Shown here one piece after another: positions 53,688 through 64,000 of a stretch of DNA of 64,000 nucleotides (position 1 is its first letter; each line of letters begins with the position of its first letter). The stretch lies in assembly GCA_002269645.1 (NCBI GenBank), contig NIVC01001676.1:124001-188000 (forward strand), given 5' to 3'. The notes under the pieces are model-generated. The model saw only the letters and a program-made list of their open reading frames with translations. It made no database searches and was not told where the DNA came from. A program made the translations under genes and the position numbers. The DNA is from Macrostomum lignano (Eukaryota).

Positions 53688-54345
53688 CTATTCTGTATTC
53701 TGTATTCTGTATTCTGCATTCTGTATTCTGTATTCTGTATTCTGTATTCTGTATTCTGTATTCTGCATTCTGTATTCTGTATTCTGTATTCTGTATCCTG
53801 TATTCTGAATACTGCATTCTGTATTCTGTATTCTGCATTCTGCATTCTGTATTCTGTATTCTGCATTCTGTATTCTGCATTCTGTATTCTGTATTCTGTA
53901 TTCTGCATTCTGTATTCTGTATTCTGTATTCTGTATTCTGTATTCTGTATTCTGTATTCATTATTCTGTATTCTGCATTCTGTATTCTGTATTCTGTATT
54001 CTGCATTCTGTATTCTGTATTCTGCATTCTGTATTCTGTATTCTGTATTCTGTATTCTGCATTCTGCATTCTGCATTCTGCATTCTGTATTCTGTATTCT
54101 GTATTCTGTATTCTGCATTCTGTATTCTGCATTCTGTATTCTGTATTCTGTATTCTGTATTCTGCATTCTGCATTCTGTATTCTGCATTCTGTATTATGT
54201 ATTCTGTATTCTGCATTCTGCATTCTGCATTCTGCATTCTGCATTCTGTATTCTGTATTCTGCATTCTGCATTCTGTATTCTGCATTCTGTATTCTGTAT
54301 TCTGTATTCTGCATTCTGCATTCTGCATTCTGCATTCTGCATTCT
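53688..54345. repeat. 7-bp repeat (ttctgta/ttctgca), ~94 copies
   Basis: Ends about 20 nt before a likely 5'UTR acceptor (TTTCCAG at 54364) of the GPCR. Confidence 0.97.
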
Positions 54346-54601
54346 CATCGCATAATTTATTCCAGCCGAGGAACAGCAGCCTTAACTCGTGTCCGGAGAA
54401 AAAATACATTAAGCTTGGGAATTCTTCCCACTGCATGGCGGATCCCCTGCCCTTATTGGCTGCCCGCCCAGCCGAGGCCGATTTGGTCGGAGAAGAGGCT
54501 GGTAGACAATCCCCGTTTTTAAAGCCCACCCGCTTCCGTGGCCGACCCGAAATCGCTCAGCCTCCTCCGGTCCCAGCCTGCCATTCACAAGCTCCAGGCG
54601 C

Positions 54602-54824
54602 ATGGACCCGAACTCAAGTCTGCCTTGGGCCAACTTCTGCCAGCCTGATGGCGCCAACGACTCCTTCAGCGACGCCGAGCGCAACTTCATCCTGGTGACG
54701 GACGTGGCTCTGTCCTCGGTCATCTCCGCCATGGGCGTCATGCTCAATGCGCTGTCCATCGCGGTGCTGCAGCGAGACGTTCGCAAGTCCTCCATGAGTG
54801 TACTGCTGCTAGCCCTTTCCATCT
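54602..54824 (+). CDS. Class A (rhodopsin-like) peptide-receptor-like GPCR exon 1 (N-terminus, TM1, start of TM2)
   Basis: MDPNSS...N-glycosylation sites NSS and NDS; TM1 ISAMGVMLNALSIAVL; SSMSVLLLALSI; donor T|GTGAGC. Confidence 0.87.
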
Positions 54825-54869
54825 GTGAGCCTGGGGAATGACAGGGGAACTTTCACATGCTACATTATT

Positions 54870-55345
54870 GTCAACCAATCTGTCCATGTCTACCAAACTG
54901 TCCAACTGTCTACCAATCTGTCCACCTGTCCACCAATCTGTCCATGCCTACCAAACTGTCCAACTGTCTACCAATCTGTCCCCCTGTCTACCAATCTGTC
55001 CACCTGTCCACCAATCTGTCCATGCCTACCAAACTGTCCAACTGTCTACCAATCTGTCCCCCTGTCTACCAATCTGTCCACCTGTCCACCAATCTGTCCA
55101 CCTGTCCTCCAATCTGTCCAACTGTCCACCAATCTGTCCACCTGTCCACCAATCTGTCCACCTGTCCACCAATCTGCCCACCTGTCCAACAATCTGTCTA
55201 CTTGTCCACCAAATTTTCCAACTGTCCATCAATCTGTCCACCTGTCCACCAATTCGCTTATCTATTCACCAATCTGTCCATCTATTCACCAATCTGTCCA
55301 TCTATTCTTAAACCTCTCCATCTATTCACCAACTTTCCACCTGCT
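54870..55345. repeat. ~20-bp repeat (ccaatctgtccacctgtcca)
   Basis: GPCR intron, near the donor. Confidence 0.9.
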
Positions 55346-55394
55346 CACATGCCTCTCTGTCCAGAAACTATAGCTTTGATTGATTAATATTTCC

Positions 55395-56335
55395 AGTCCC
55401 GGACACAGTCTGCCAGTGTCCTCAAACACACTGCAGACACAACTCCCTCCGGACACAGTCTGCCAGTGTCCTCACACACACTCCAGACACAACTCCCCCG
55501 GACACAGTCTGCCAGTGTTCTCAAACACACTGCAGACACAACTCCCCCGGACACAGTATACCAGTGTCCTCACACACACTCCAGACACAACCTCACCCCG
55601 GACACAGTCTGCCAGTGTCCTCACACACACTCCAGACACAACCTCACCCCGGACACAGTCTGCCAGTGTCCTCACACACACTCCAGACACAACCTCACCC
55701 CGGACACAGTCTGCCAGTGTCCTCACACACACTCCAGACACAACCTCACCCCGGACACAGTCTGCCAGTGTCCTCAAACACACTCCAGACACAAACTCCC
55801 CCCCCGGACACAGTCTGCCAGTGTCCTCAAACACACTCCAGACACAAACTCCCCCCCGGACACAGTCTGCCAGTGTCCTCAAACACACTCCAGACACAAA
55901 CTCCCCCCCCGGACACAGTCTGCCAGTGTCCTCAAACACACTCCAGACACAAACTCCCCCCCCCGGACACAGTCTGCCAGTGTCCTCAAACACACTCCAG
56001 ACACAAACTCCCCCCACCGGACACAGTCTGCCAGTGTCCTCAAACACACTCCAGACACAAACTCCCCCCCCGGACACAGTCTGCCAGTGTCCTCAAACAC
56101 ACTCCAGACACAAACTCCCCCCCCGGACACAGTCTGCCAGTGTCCTCAAACACACTCCAGACACAAACTCCCCCCCCGGACACAGTCTGCCAGTGTCCTC
56201 AAACACACTCCAGACACAAACTCCCCCCCCCCGGGCACAGTCTGCCAGTGTCCTCAAACACACTCCAGACACAACTCCTCCCGGACACAGTCTGCCAGTG
56301 TCCTCAAACACGCTCCAGACACAAATTCCCGCACA
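55395..56335. repeat. ~50-53-bp minisatellite (ccggacacagtctgccagtgtcctcaaacacactccagacacaaactcccc)
   Basis: Tandem repeat; the C-run length varies between units. Confidence 0.95.
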
Positions 56336-56981
56336 CCAGAGCAAGCCAGGGCGAACAGTGGCAGTCAGACTAGTCAAGAAACTCGAAATCGACAGCAGTT
56401 TATATGTTAATAAGTACACGATGATGAGGCGAATTTCTGAACCCCATCAGCTTCTCTTTCTTCAATCGTTTTCCCCAAGGGGATTTGCTGCCGCTTCGAT
56501 CAAAAATCAGCAACTAGTGAAGCCTGCGCGGGAAATTTCTGTAGCCAGAGAGGAGAGGGAGAAGTCAACCGGCGCGGAAAGGAGGAGAGAACCTCGCTAA
56601 TTCGAGCTGCTAACCCTCTTTATTTGGCAGCAAGATCCCCAAAGCCAGTCAGTCAGTTTCTGTGCACCGCACTAATCCCGTGTTTATTCTGTCGCTGGGG
56701 CAAAAACATCTTCTATAGTACAGATCGGAGAGATGAGTTCTGCCATGAAAGCTTGCAAAAAAGCTATGGTTTACGAGCTAATCTGCTCCTTCCATTTTTT
56801 ATCAAAAGTTTTTACAAATTCTCACAATAAGCTGAGCTACAGTGCCACAGATAATCTCTTTCCGAGCGTCGAAAAAAGATTGCAAGTCTGCTAACTGTTT
56901 CGCTGGGAAAGGAAGCATAGGCAAGTAGGAAAACAGTTTGCGTCCACCTCCTGAACTGGAGTTGCACTAAACTGAAAACTA

Positions 56982-57525
56982 GTCCTGATTGGACAGCACC
57001 TCAAGCTGAAGAAGAGAGAGAGGAGCCAGAATTGGGTGGCTGTCAACTCACCCAGTCCTGATTGGACAGCACCTCAAGCTGGAGAAGAGAGAGAGGAGCC
57101 AGAATGGGGTGGCTGTCAACTCACCCAGTTCTGATTGTACAGCACTTCAAGCTGGAGAAGAAAGAGAAGAGCCAGAATGGGGTGGCTGTCAAACAGTCCT
57201 GATTGGATAGCACCTCAAGCTGAAGAAGAGAGAGGAGCCAGAATTGGGTGGCTGTCAACTCACCCAGTCCTGATTGGACAGCACCTCACAATGGGGCAGA
57301 GAGAGAGGAGCCAGAATGGGGTGGCTGTCAACTCACCCAGTCCTGATTGGACAGCGCCGCCTCACATCGGGGCAGAGAGAGGAGCCAGAATGGGGTGGCT
57401 GTCAACTCACCCAGTCCTGATTGGACAGCGCCTCACGCTGGGGAAGAGAGAGAGGAGCCAGAATGGGGTGGCTACCAGATCGCCCAGTCCTGATTGGACA
57501 GCGCCTCACACTGGGGCAGAGAGAG
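56982..57525. repeat. ~73-bp minisatellite, ~7 copies
   Basis: Unit gtcctgattggacagcacctc...gtggctgtcaactcaccca. Confidence 0.92.
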
Positions 57526-57985
57526 AGGGGCCAGTTTGCGATGGCTGCCAGATCGCTCTAGGCCTTTTCTGGCAATATAGCTATTCAATTTAAAGGTTCC
57601 ACGAAGCTGTGCGAGCGATGAAAGGATGTTTTCAAATTTTCTGTTTTCCAATGAGCAATGAAGGAATCGTTATTTTTCTATTTATTTTTACCCAATTCTA
57701 CAAAAATTGCGACGGAAACTCATTTAAAAATTAAAGCCTTAGACAGATATTTTTCTGGAATTTTCAGTAAAAAATATTTCGTCTGTTTGTCTAAAACTAA
57801 AAATAGATATTTTTTAAAACTCTGAGGCTCGTTAAAATTTTTACTGCTCGCAATTTTTAGCCCAGTTGTTTTGAATAACAATTTCTGCAGGATATTATTT
57901 TTTTTGTCTGGCACTAGGGCTTCGCAATATTTTCTTGACAAAACTTCACCACTTTTTCATTCAATAAAAATATACGAGCGTAAAC

Positions 57986-58790
57986 TTGTCTGACAATCCC
58001 ATGTCTGACAACCCCATGTCTGACAATCCCATGTCTGACAATCCCATGTCTGACAATCCCATGTCTGACAATCCCATGTCTGACAATCCCATGTCTGACA
58101 ATCCCATGTCTGACAATCCCATGTCTGACAATCCCATGTCTGACAATCCCATGTCTGACAATCCCATGTCTGACAATCCCATGTCTGACAATCCCATGTC
58201 TGACAATCCCATGTCTGACAATCCCATGTCTGACAATCCCATGTCTGACAATCCCATGTCTGACAATCCCATGTCTGACAATCCCATGTCTGACAATCCC
58301 ATGTCTGACAATCCCATGTCTGACAATCCCATGTCTGACAATCCCATGTCTGACAATCCCATGTCTGACAATCCCATGTTGTCTGACAATCCCATGTCTG
58401 ACAATCCCATGTTGTCTGACAATCCCATGTTTGACAATCCCATGTCTGACAATCCCGTGTCTGACAATCCCTGACAATCCCACGTCTGACAATCCCGCGT
58501 CTGACAATCTCATGTCTGAAAATCCCATGTCTTACAATCCCAAGTCTGACAATTTAATGTCTGACATAGTCTGACAATCCCATGTTTGACAATCCCAAGT
58601 CTGAAAATCCCATGTCGACAATTCTGTAACTGACAATCCCGAGTCTGACAATCCCGAGTCTGACAATCCCGAGTCTGACAATCCCGAGTCTGACAATCCC
58701 GAGTCTGACAATCCCAAGTCTGACAATCCCAAGTCTGACAATCCCGAGTCTGACAATCTCGAGTCTGACAATCCCGAGTCTGACAATTTC
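57986..58790. repeat. 15-bp minisatellite (tgtctgacaatccca)
   Basis: Tandem repeat, perfect at left and degenerate at right. Confidence 0.96.
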
Positions 58791-59391
58791 GTGATTGAGA
58801 ATCACGTGACTTTGACCTGTGTCTATCCAAGCATCTCGTGATTAATTACCCTAACCACCAGCTGTCTGTCGCAAGAATTACAGCCAACTCAGTCACCAGT
58901 CGATCAGCTGGATCCCCCGGGGTGCATGGAAATTGAAAAATTGCGCGCAGCATTGATGGAGAGGAGCGCGGAGGCTGTGGCCGGAGTAGGGGTGGTTGAG
59001 ACTGAGAGATGGAGAGCTGTAAATTATTCAGCAGAGGTTGAGCTGGGAGCAGACACGCCGGCTCTGCGTAGGCCGGTTCTGCCAGCAGCTGGGAGGTCTG
59101 GATGAAGCGGACCTTCCACAGTGCACAGCAGAGCCCATCAAGAGTACGGCCGGGACAGTGCCAGAGGGGGGGTTACGCACGCCCCAGCAACTAAAAAGTC
59201 TTGAAAAAGTCCAAGAAAGACTGTTTCACCTGCGTTGAAGATTAACAGTGGACCTGTTACTCTTTGGCTGCCTAATTGCTTAGGCCGGGTGCTGCTGGGC
59301 AGGCTGACAGGCCGACAAAAAATAGGGGAAGGAGCGGAAGGGAGAGAGAGGGAAGAGAGAGGATGAGAGTAGATACATAGAGTCCTTACGA

Positions 59392-60156
59392 GGAAGATGG
59401 ACAGAGAATGAGGCAGATGAAAGGAGAGTGGGGGAGATGAACAGAGAGTGAGGGAGATGAACAGAGAATGAGGGAGATGAAAGGAGAGTGAGGGAGATGA
59501 ACAGAGAGTGAGGGAGATGAACAGAGAGTGAGGGAGATGAACAGAGAATGAGGGAGATGAACAGAGAGTGAGGGAGATGAACAGATAATGAGGGAGATGA
59601 ACAGAGAATGAGGGAGATGAACAGAGAGTGAGGGAGATGAACAGATAATGAGGGAGATGAACAGATAATGAGGGAGATGAACAGAGAATGAGGGAGATGA
59701 ACAGAGAGTGAGGGAGATGAACAGATAATGAGGGAGATGAACAGATAATGAGGGAGATGAACAGATAATGAGGGAGATGAACAGAGAATGAGGGAGATGA
59801 ACAGATAATGAGGGAGATGAACAGATAATGAGGGAGATGAACAGAGAATGAGGGAGATGAACAGAGAGTGAGGGAGATGAACAGAGAGTGAGGGAGATGA
59901 ACAGAGAGTGAGGGAGATGAAAGGAGAGTGAGGGAGATGAAAGGAGAGTGGGGGAGATGAACAGAGAGTGAGGGAGATGAACAGAGAGTAAGGGAGATGA
60001 ACAGAGAGTGAGGGAGATGAACAGAGAGTGAGGGAGATGAACAGAGAGTAAGGGAGATGAACAGAGAGTGAGGGAGATGAAATGAGAGTGAGGGAGATGA
60101 ACAGAGAATGAGGGAGATGAACAGAGAGTGAGGGAGATGAACAGAGAATGAGGGAG
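59392..60156. repeat. 20-bp GA-rich minisatellite (gagggagatgaacagagagt), ~38 copies
   Basis: Tandem repeat. Confidence 0.96.
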
Positions 60157-60852
60157 GGCAAAGAGGCCGTGTGGAGAGGCGCAAAAGAAGCGGGAAGGGT
60201 CAACGAGGCGGAAGTCGCAGGAGGAGCTCCGGTGTGCAAGAAAAATTGCATTTCCCAAAGCCAAATTGTGGGTGCCAGACCAAGCCGCGAGGGCAGCAAC
60301 AGCGGTCCTCAGCTTGCACTTTCGTCCAGGCATTCCAAGGACTCCCCGACTCGCTGCCTTTCCCCATTCACGGAGCCCGTCAGGACTGGCCGGACCCCCC
60401 GCGGTTGCACCCCATGCAGCTGTTTCCCCGGGGCTGCTAAGGGTCACCGGTCCCGAGCCAACTGGTGATCCCAATCCCAAAGCATGTCGCCTCTTTCCCC
60501 AAACGCTAAATACTTTTTGCTTTTGCTATTTCAGCTCCTTGCAGCCCCACTTCAGCTGTTAGGCTGTAAAATGGAAACATAAGGAAGTTTTGTTGCAGGA
60601 CTAAACTTGAAAACTCTACAGTCGACCTTGGGTGTCCTTTGGAGTTTCTTTTTAGTATGATTCGCGTCAGTTGAACAATTTCAACTCTTTTGTACTATCG
60701 AAAGCTTTATTGATATCTACTGTGCTGCATGCTTGTTATTAGTTATTGATTTTATGAACTGAATTATATTATCACTGCTATCGTAGCTATGCGTTATGAT
60801 AGTACAGTGAAATGTCAACCCACAAGGCACCGTGTGTAAAGCCAGGGCTGCT

Positions 60853-61275
60853 CGCTGTACACCCTGTATGAGCTGTGCGTATCTGTGTCCTCGGCTGCTG
60901 TACACCCTGTGTGAGCTGTGTGTATCTGTGTCCTCGGCTGCTGTACACCCTGTATGAGCTGTGCGTATCTGTGTCCTCGGCTGCTGTACACCCTGTATGA
61001 GCTGTGCGTATCCGTGTCCTCGGCTGCTGTACACCCTGTATGAGCTGTGCGTATCTGTGTCCTCGGCTGCTGTACACCCTGTATGAGCTGTGCGTATCTG
61101 TGTCCTCGGCTGCTGTACACCCTGTGTGAGCTGTGTATCTGTGTCCTCGGCCGCTGTACACCCTGTGTGAGCTGTGTATCTGTGTCCTCGGCTGCTGTAC
61201 AGCCTGTGTGAGCTGTGTGTATCTGTGTCCTCGGCTGCTGTACACCCTGTGTGAGCTGTGTATCTGTGTCCTCGC
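60853..61275. repeat. ~43-bp minisatellite (ctgctgtacaccctgtatgagctgtgcgtatctgtgtcctcgg), ~10 copies
   Basis: Tandem repeat. Confidence 0.95.
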
Positions 61276-61621
61276 CGCCTCGCCGCCGCCGGCTCGGGTC
61301 ACTGCACAAGAAATAATTACTACTAGAGAAAGTTTTGAAGAAAACTTCAAAGCAAATTTGAGCTCAATTTTTTGCGTCTCGAAATAGTTTGTCTGTTGCT
61401 CAGTTGTTGCTATGCTGATCTGAGTGAAGTTCGAGTGGAAAAGCAATCGCAAAAAGTTCCTGTTGAACTTGGGACTCAACAAATCGTGACTGTCTGACCA
61501 ACGAGCACTTGTCCACTACAATTTCCATGGTTACCTGGGCCAAGATTTTCCATTGCTCAATATTCTTGAACAGATTTTTTCATGGCATGTTTCTTCATCT
61601 GCTGCATAGGTATCTAACCAC

Positions 61622-61925
61622 AGTATTCTCCCAACTCAACAAAATTCTCCCAACTCAACAAAATTCTCCCAACTCAACAAAATTCTCCCAACTCAACAAA
61701 ATTCTCCCAACTCAACAATATTCTCCCAACTCAACAAAATTCTCCCAACTCAACAATATTCTCCCAACTCAACAAAATTCTCCAAACTCAACAATATTCT
61801 CCCAACTCAACAAAATTCTCTCAACTCAACAATATTCTCCCAACTCAACAAAATTCTCCCAACTCAACAATATTCTCCCAACTCCAAAATTCTCCTAATT
61901 TCTCAATATTCTCCCAACCCCTCAA
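61622..61925. repeat. 19-bp minisatellite (attctcccaactcaacaaa)
   Basis: Tandem repeat about 115 nt before the GPCR exon 2 acceptor. Confidence 0.94.
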
Positions 61926-62040
61926 TATTTGGTCCCAATAAACAATATCCTTGCGTCAGGCATTTGCCAAACCTGATTAAGAAATTGTTTTCAGTTGAAT
62001 GTTCAAATTTCAAATCAAGCTGCCACCCCAAAACCCGCAG

Positions 62041-63032
62041 TCGACATGGTGTTCATCGCCCTGTCGGCCCCCTACACGGTGGTGTACATGGGCCTCGGCG
62101 TGCTCGTGCGCACAGAGGACGGGTCGACCCTGCAGAGCCTGCTGAACACCCTGCCGGCGGTGCAGACGGCCCTGCCGCTAGTCTGGTACCTGGGCAGCGT
62201 GGCCCGCACCGGCCGCAACTGGGTGATTCTGATCGTGGCTCTGGACCGCTTCATGGTGGTGCAGAACCCCTTCCTGTCAAGCCGGCGCAGCAACCCGCGC
62301 CGTTCCCGCCTGTACGCGAGCGGCGCCACGACGCTGGCGCTGGTGTACAATGTGCCGCTGCTGTTCGAGTTCACGCTGGCGCCCTCCGGATGCCCCCCGG
62401 TGCTGAGCAGCAAAGCCATGCCCGAACGCTTCGGCGACGCGTACATGCTGGTGTACAAGAAGATCATGTACCTGGCCTTCCTGTCCGTAGGCCCCGTGCT
62501 GTGGCTGCTGGTGTTCAACGTGCTGCTCATCCGCAGCCTGCTGGTGGCCTCCCGCATCCGGGCTGCCATCACGCGGGAGGCCACTCGGCGCACAGAGGAC
62601 ACGAAGATGCTGGTGGTCATCATTGCAGTGTTCCTGGCCACCGAGACCCCCGGCGCCATCTGGCATGTGCTGCTGGACACTTCGTTCGAGAAAGGCACCT
62701 GGTTCTATTCGTACTTCTACTCGCTGGCCACCCTGCTCACGCTGCTCAACTCGGCGGTGAACTTCTTCATCTACTGCGTCTGGAGCCGCAACTTCCGGCG
62801 CAACATGATCTACATGATGAAGCGGCGGCCGAAACCGCCGGCCAGAGTTGTCCGGTTCGAGTCGGACTCGGACAGGAGCCAGACCAGGCAGATGCTGCTG
62901 ATGACGCAGCGGCCAACTGGCCGGATCCAGGCGGCGCTGCTGAACCACTGCGACAACGGCGGCGGCAGCCTTCGCCGGCAACAGCAGCAGCAGGTCTGCG
63001 GAAGCGTTCGAAAGCAGCTGCGCTTTCAATGA
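62041..63032 (+). CDS. Class A GPCR exon 2 (TM2 to TM7, C-tail)
   Basis: Acceptor CGCAG|TC gives LALSIFDMVFI; ALDRF (DRY variant), YNVPLLFE, TKMLVVIIAVFLATETP, LNSAVNFFIYC (NPxxY variant typical of FMRFamide-receptor-like families). Total CDS 1215 nt = 404 aa plus stop. Confidence 0.92.
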
Positions 63033-63051
63033 AGATCTCCGACGAGTATTT

Positions 63052-63118
63052 GACTTGCCATGGACATTGCCATGGACATTGCCATGGACATTGCCATGGA
63101 CATTGCCATGGACATTGT
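63052..63118. repeat. 12-bp repeat (ccatggacattg), ~5.5 copies, in the GPCR 3'UTR
   Basis: Starts about 20 nt after the stop codon. Confidence 0.93.
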
Positions 63119-63532
63119 TAAACAGCCGGTCAAGCACCATTAAAACACCAGTAAACACTTAAATATGAATTTTGTACAGATTTTGTTCCGCCATTGACTA
63201 ACTGTGTACTAACCGTTGCCGATTCTGCTTAACTTGCACAGTGAATGACGGGGAATGCGCTAGCCCACTCAACTAGCAATCCTCCTTAGATGTCTTCATT
63301 AGAATTCCCATAAAAGATCAAACAAGAAGTTAGGAAGTTATCAAATTTCAATTTAGTTTACCAGTTTCAAAAATTTCAAAAAAAATTTTTGAGTTTGCTA
63401 CGCGCACTCGTGACGAGTTAATGAGACTCAACACTTAGTGTCAATCCATCATTAAAGTAATTATTGCTGTTCCGTGAAATTTTTCGAAATCTTTCACATG
63501 TTGCTTCACGCTTTGCTCTGTTGTTGTGTCCG

Positions 63533-63985
63533 GTGTATTGAGAGTGTACATTGAGAGTGTACATTGAAAGTGTACATTGAGAGTGTACATTGAGAGTGTA
63601 CATTGAGAGTGTACATTGAAAGTGTACATTGAGAGTGTACATTGAGAGTGTACATTGAGAGTGTACATTGAGAGTGTACATTGAAAGTGTACATTGAGAT
63701 TGTACATTGAGAGTGTACATTGAGAGTGTACATTGAGAGTGTACATTGAAAGTGTACATTGAGAGTGTACATTGAAAGTGTACATTGAAAGTGTACATTG
63801 AGAGTGTACATTGAGAGTGTACATTGAGAGTGTACATTGAAAGTGTACATTGAAAGTGTACATTAAGATTGTACATTGAGAGTGTACATTGAGAGTGTAC
63901 ATTGAGAGTGTACATTGAAAGTGTACATTGAGAGTGTACATTGAAAGTGTACATTGAAAGTGTACATTGAGAGTGTACATTGAGA
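63533..63985. repeat. 13-bp minisatellite (gagtgtacattga), ~35 copies
   Basis: Tandem repeat. Confidence 0.96.
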
Positions 63986-64000
63986 GTAAATCGAGAGTTT

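Noticed and set aside
28495-58790. General sense-strand enrichment of branch-point motifs (CTRAY) in arrays
   Set aside because: The motif occurs about as often antisense (arrays at 10135, 36862, 42230, 43292), so only the specific acceptor-proximal cases were kept.

Overview
This is eukaryotic (metazoan) genomic DNA with four spliced protein-coding genes, which I rebuilt by hand from GT-AG sites, exon phases and protein motifs. (1) A 7-cadherin-repeat protocadherin on the minus strand (16643 to 609, continuing past the window start), carrying two single-base frameshifts. (2) A tandem cyclic-nucleotide-binding-domain protein on the plus strand (28322-33108, 4 exons, 425 aa from the first ATG). 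(3) An ABCG2-type half transporter on the minus strand (45712 to 36674, 9 exons, 801 aa). (4) A class A peptide-receptor-like GPCR on the plus strand (54602-63032, 2 exons, 404 aa). About 45 micro- and minisatellite arrays cover roughly 40-45% of the window (hand estimate). All 18 coding-region introns contain at least one array, most arrays start or end within tens of nt of a splice site, and several introns are almost pure array. Mobile elements: a tRNA-headed CORE-SINE, two decayed LINE fragments lying back to back, and a ~200-bp repeat present twice, each copy next to a (CAGA)n-type satellite that begins just inside a 5' splice site. The repeat landscape resembles my recollection of the flatworm Macrostomum lignano; this is an inference and is not verified. 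Most long ORFs in the supplied track are translations of repeats. There are no CRISPR arrays, rRNA genes or intact tRNA genes. Repeat coordinates and copy numbers are approximate.
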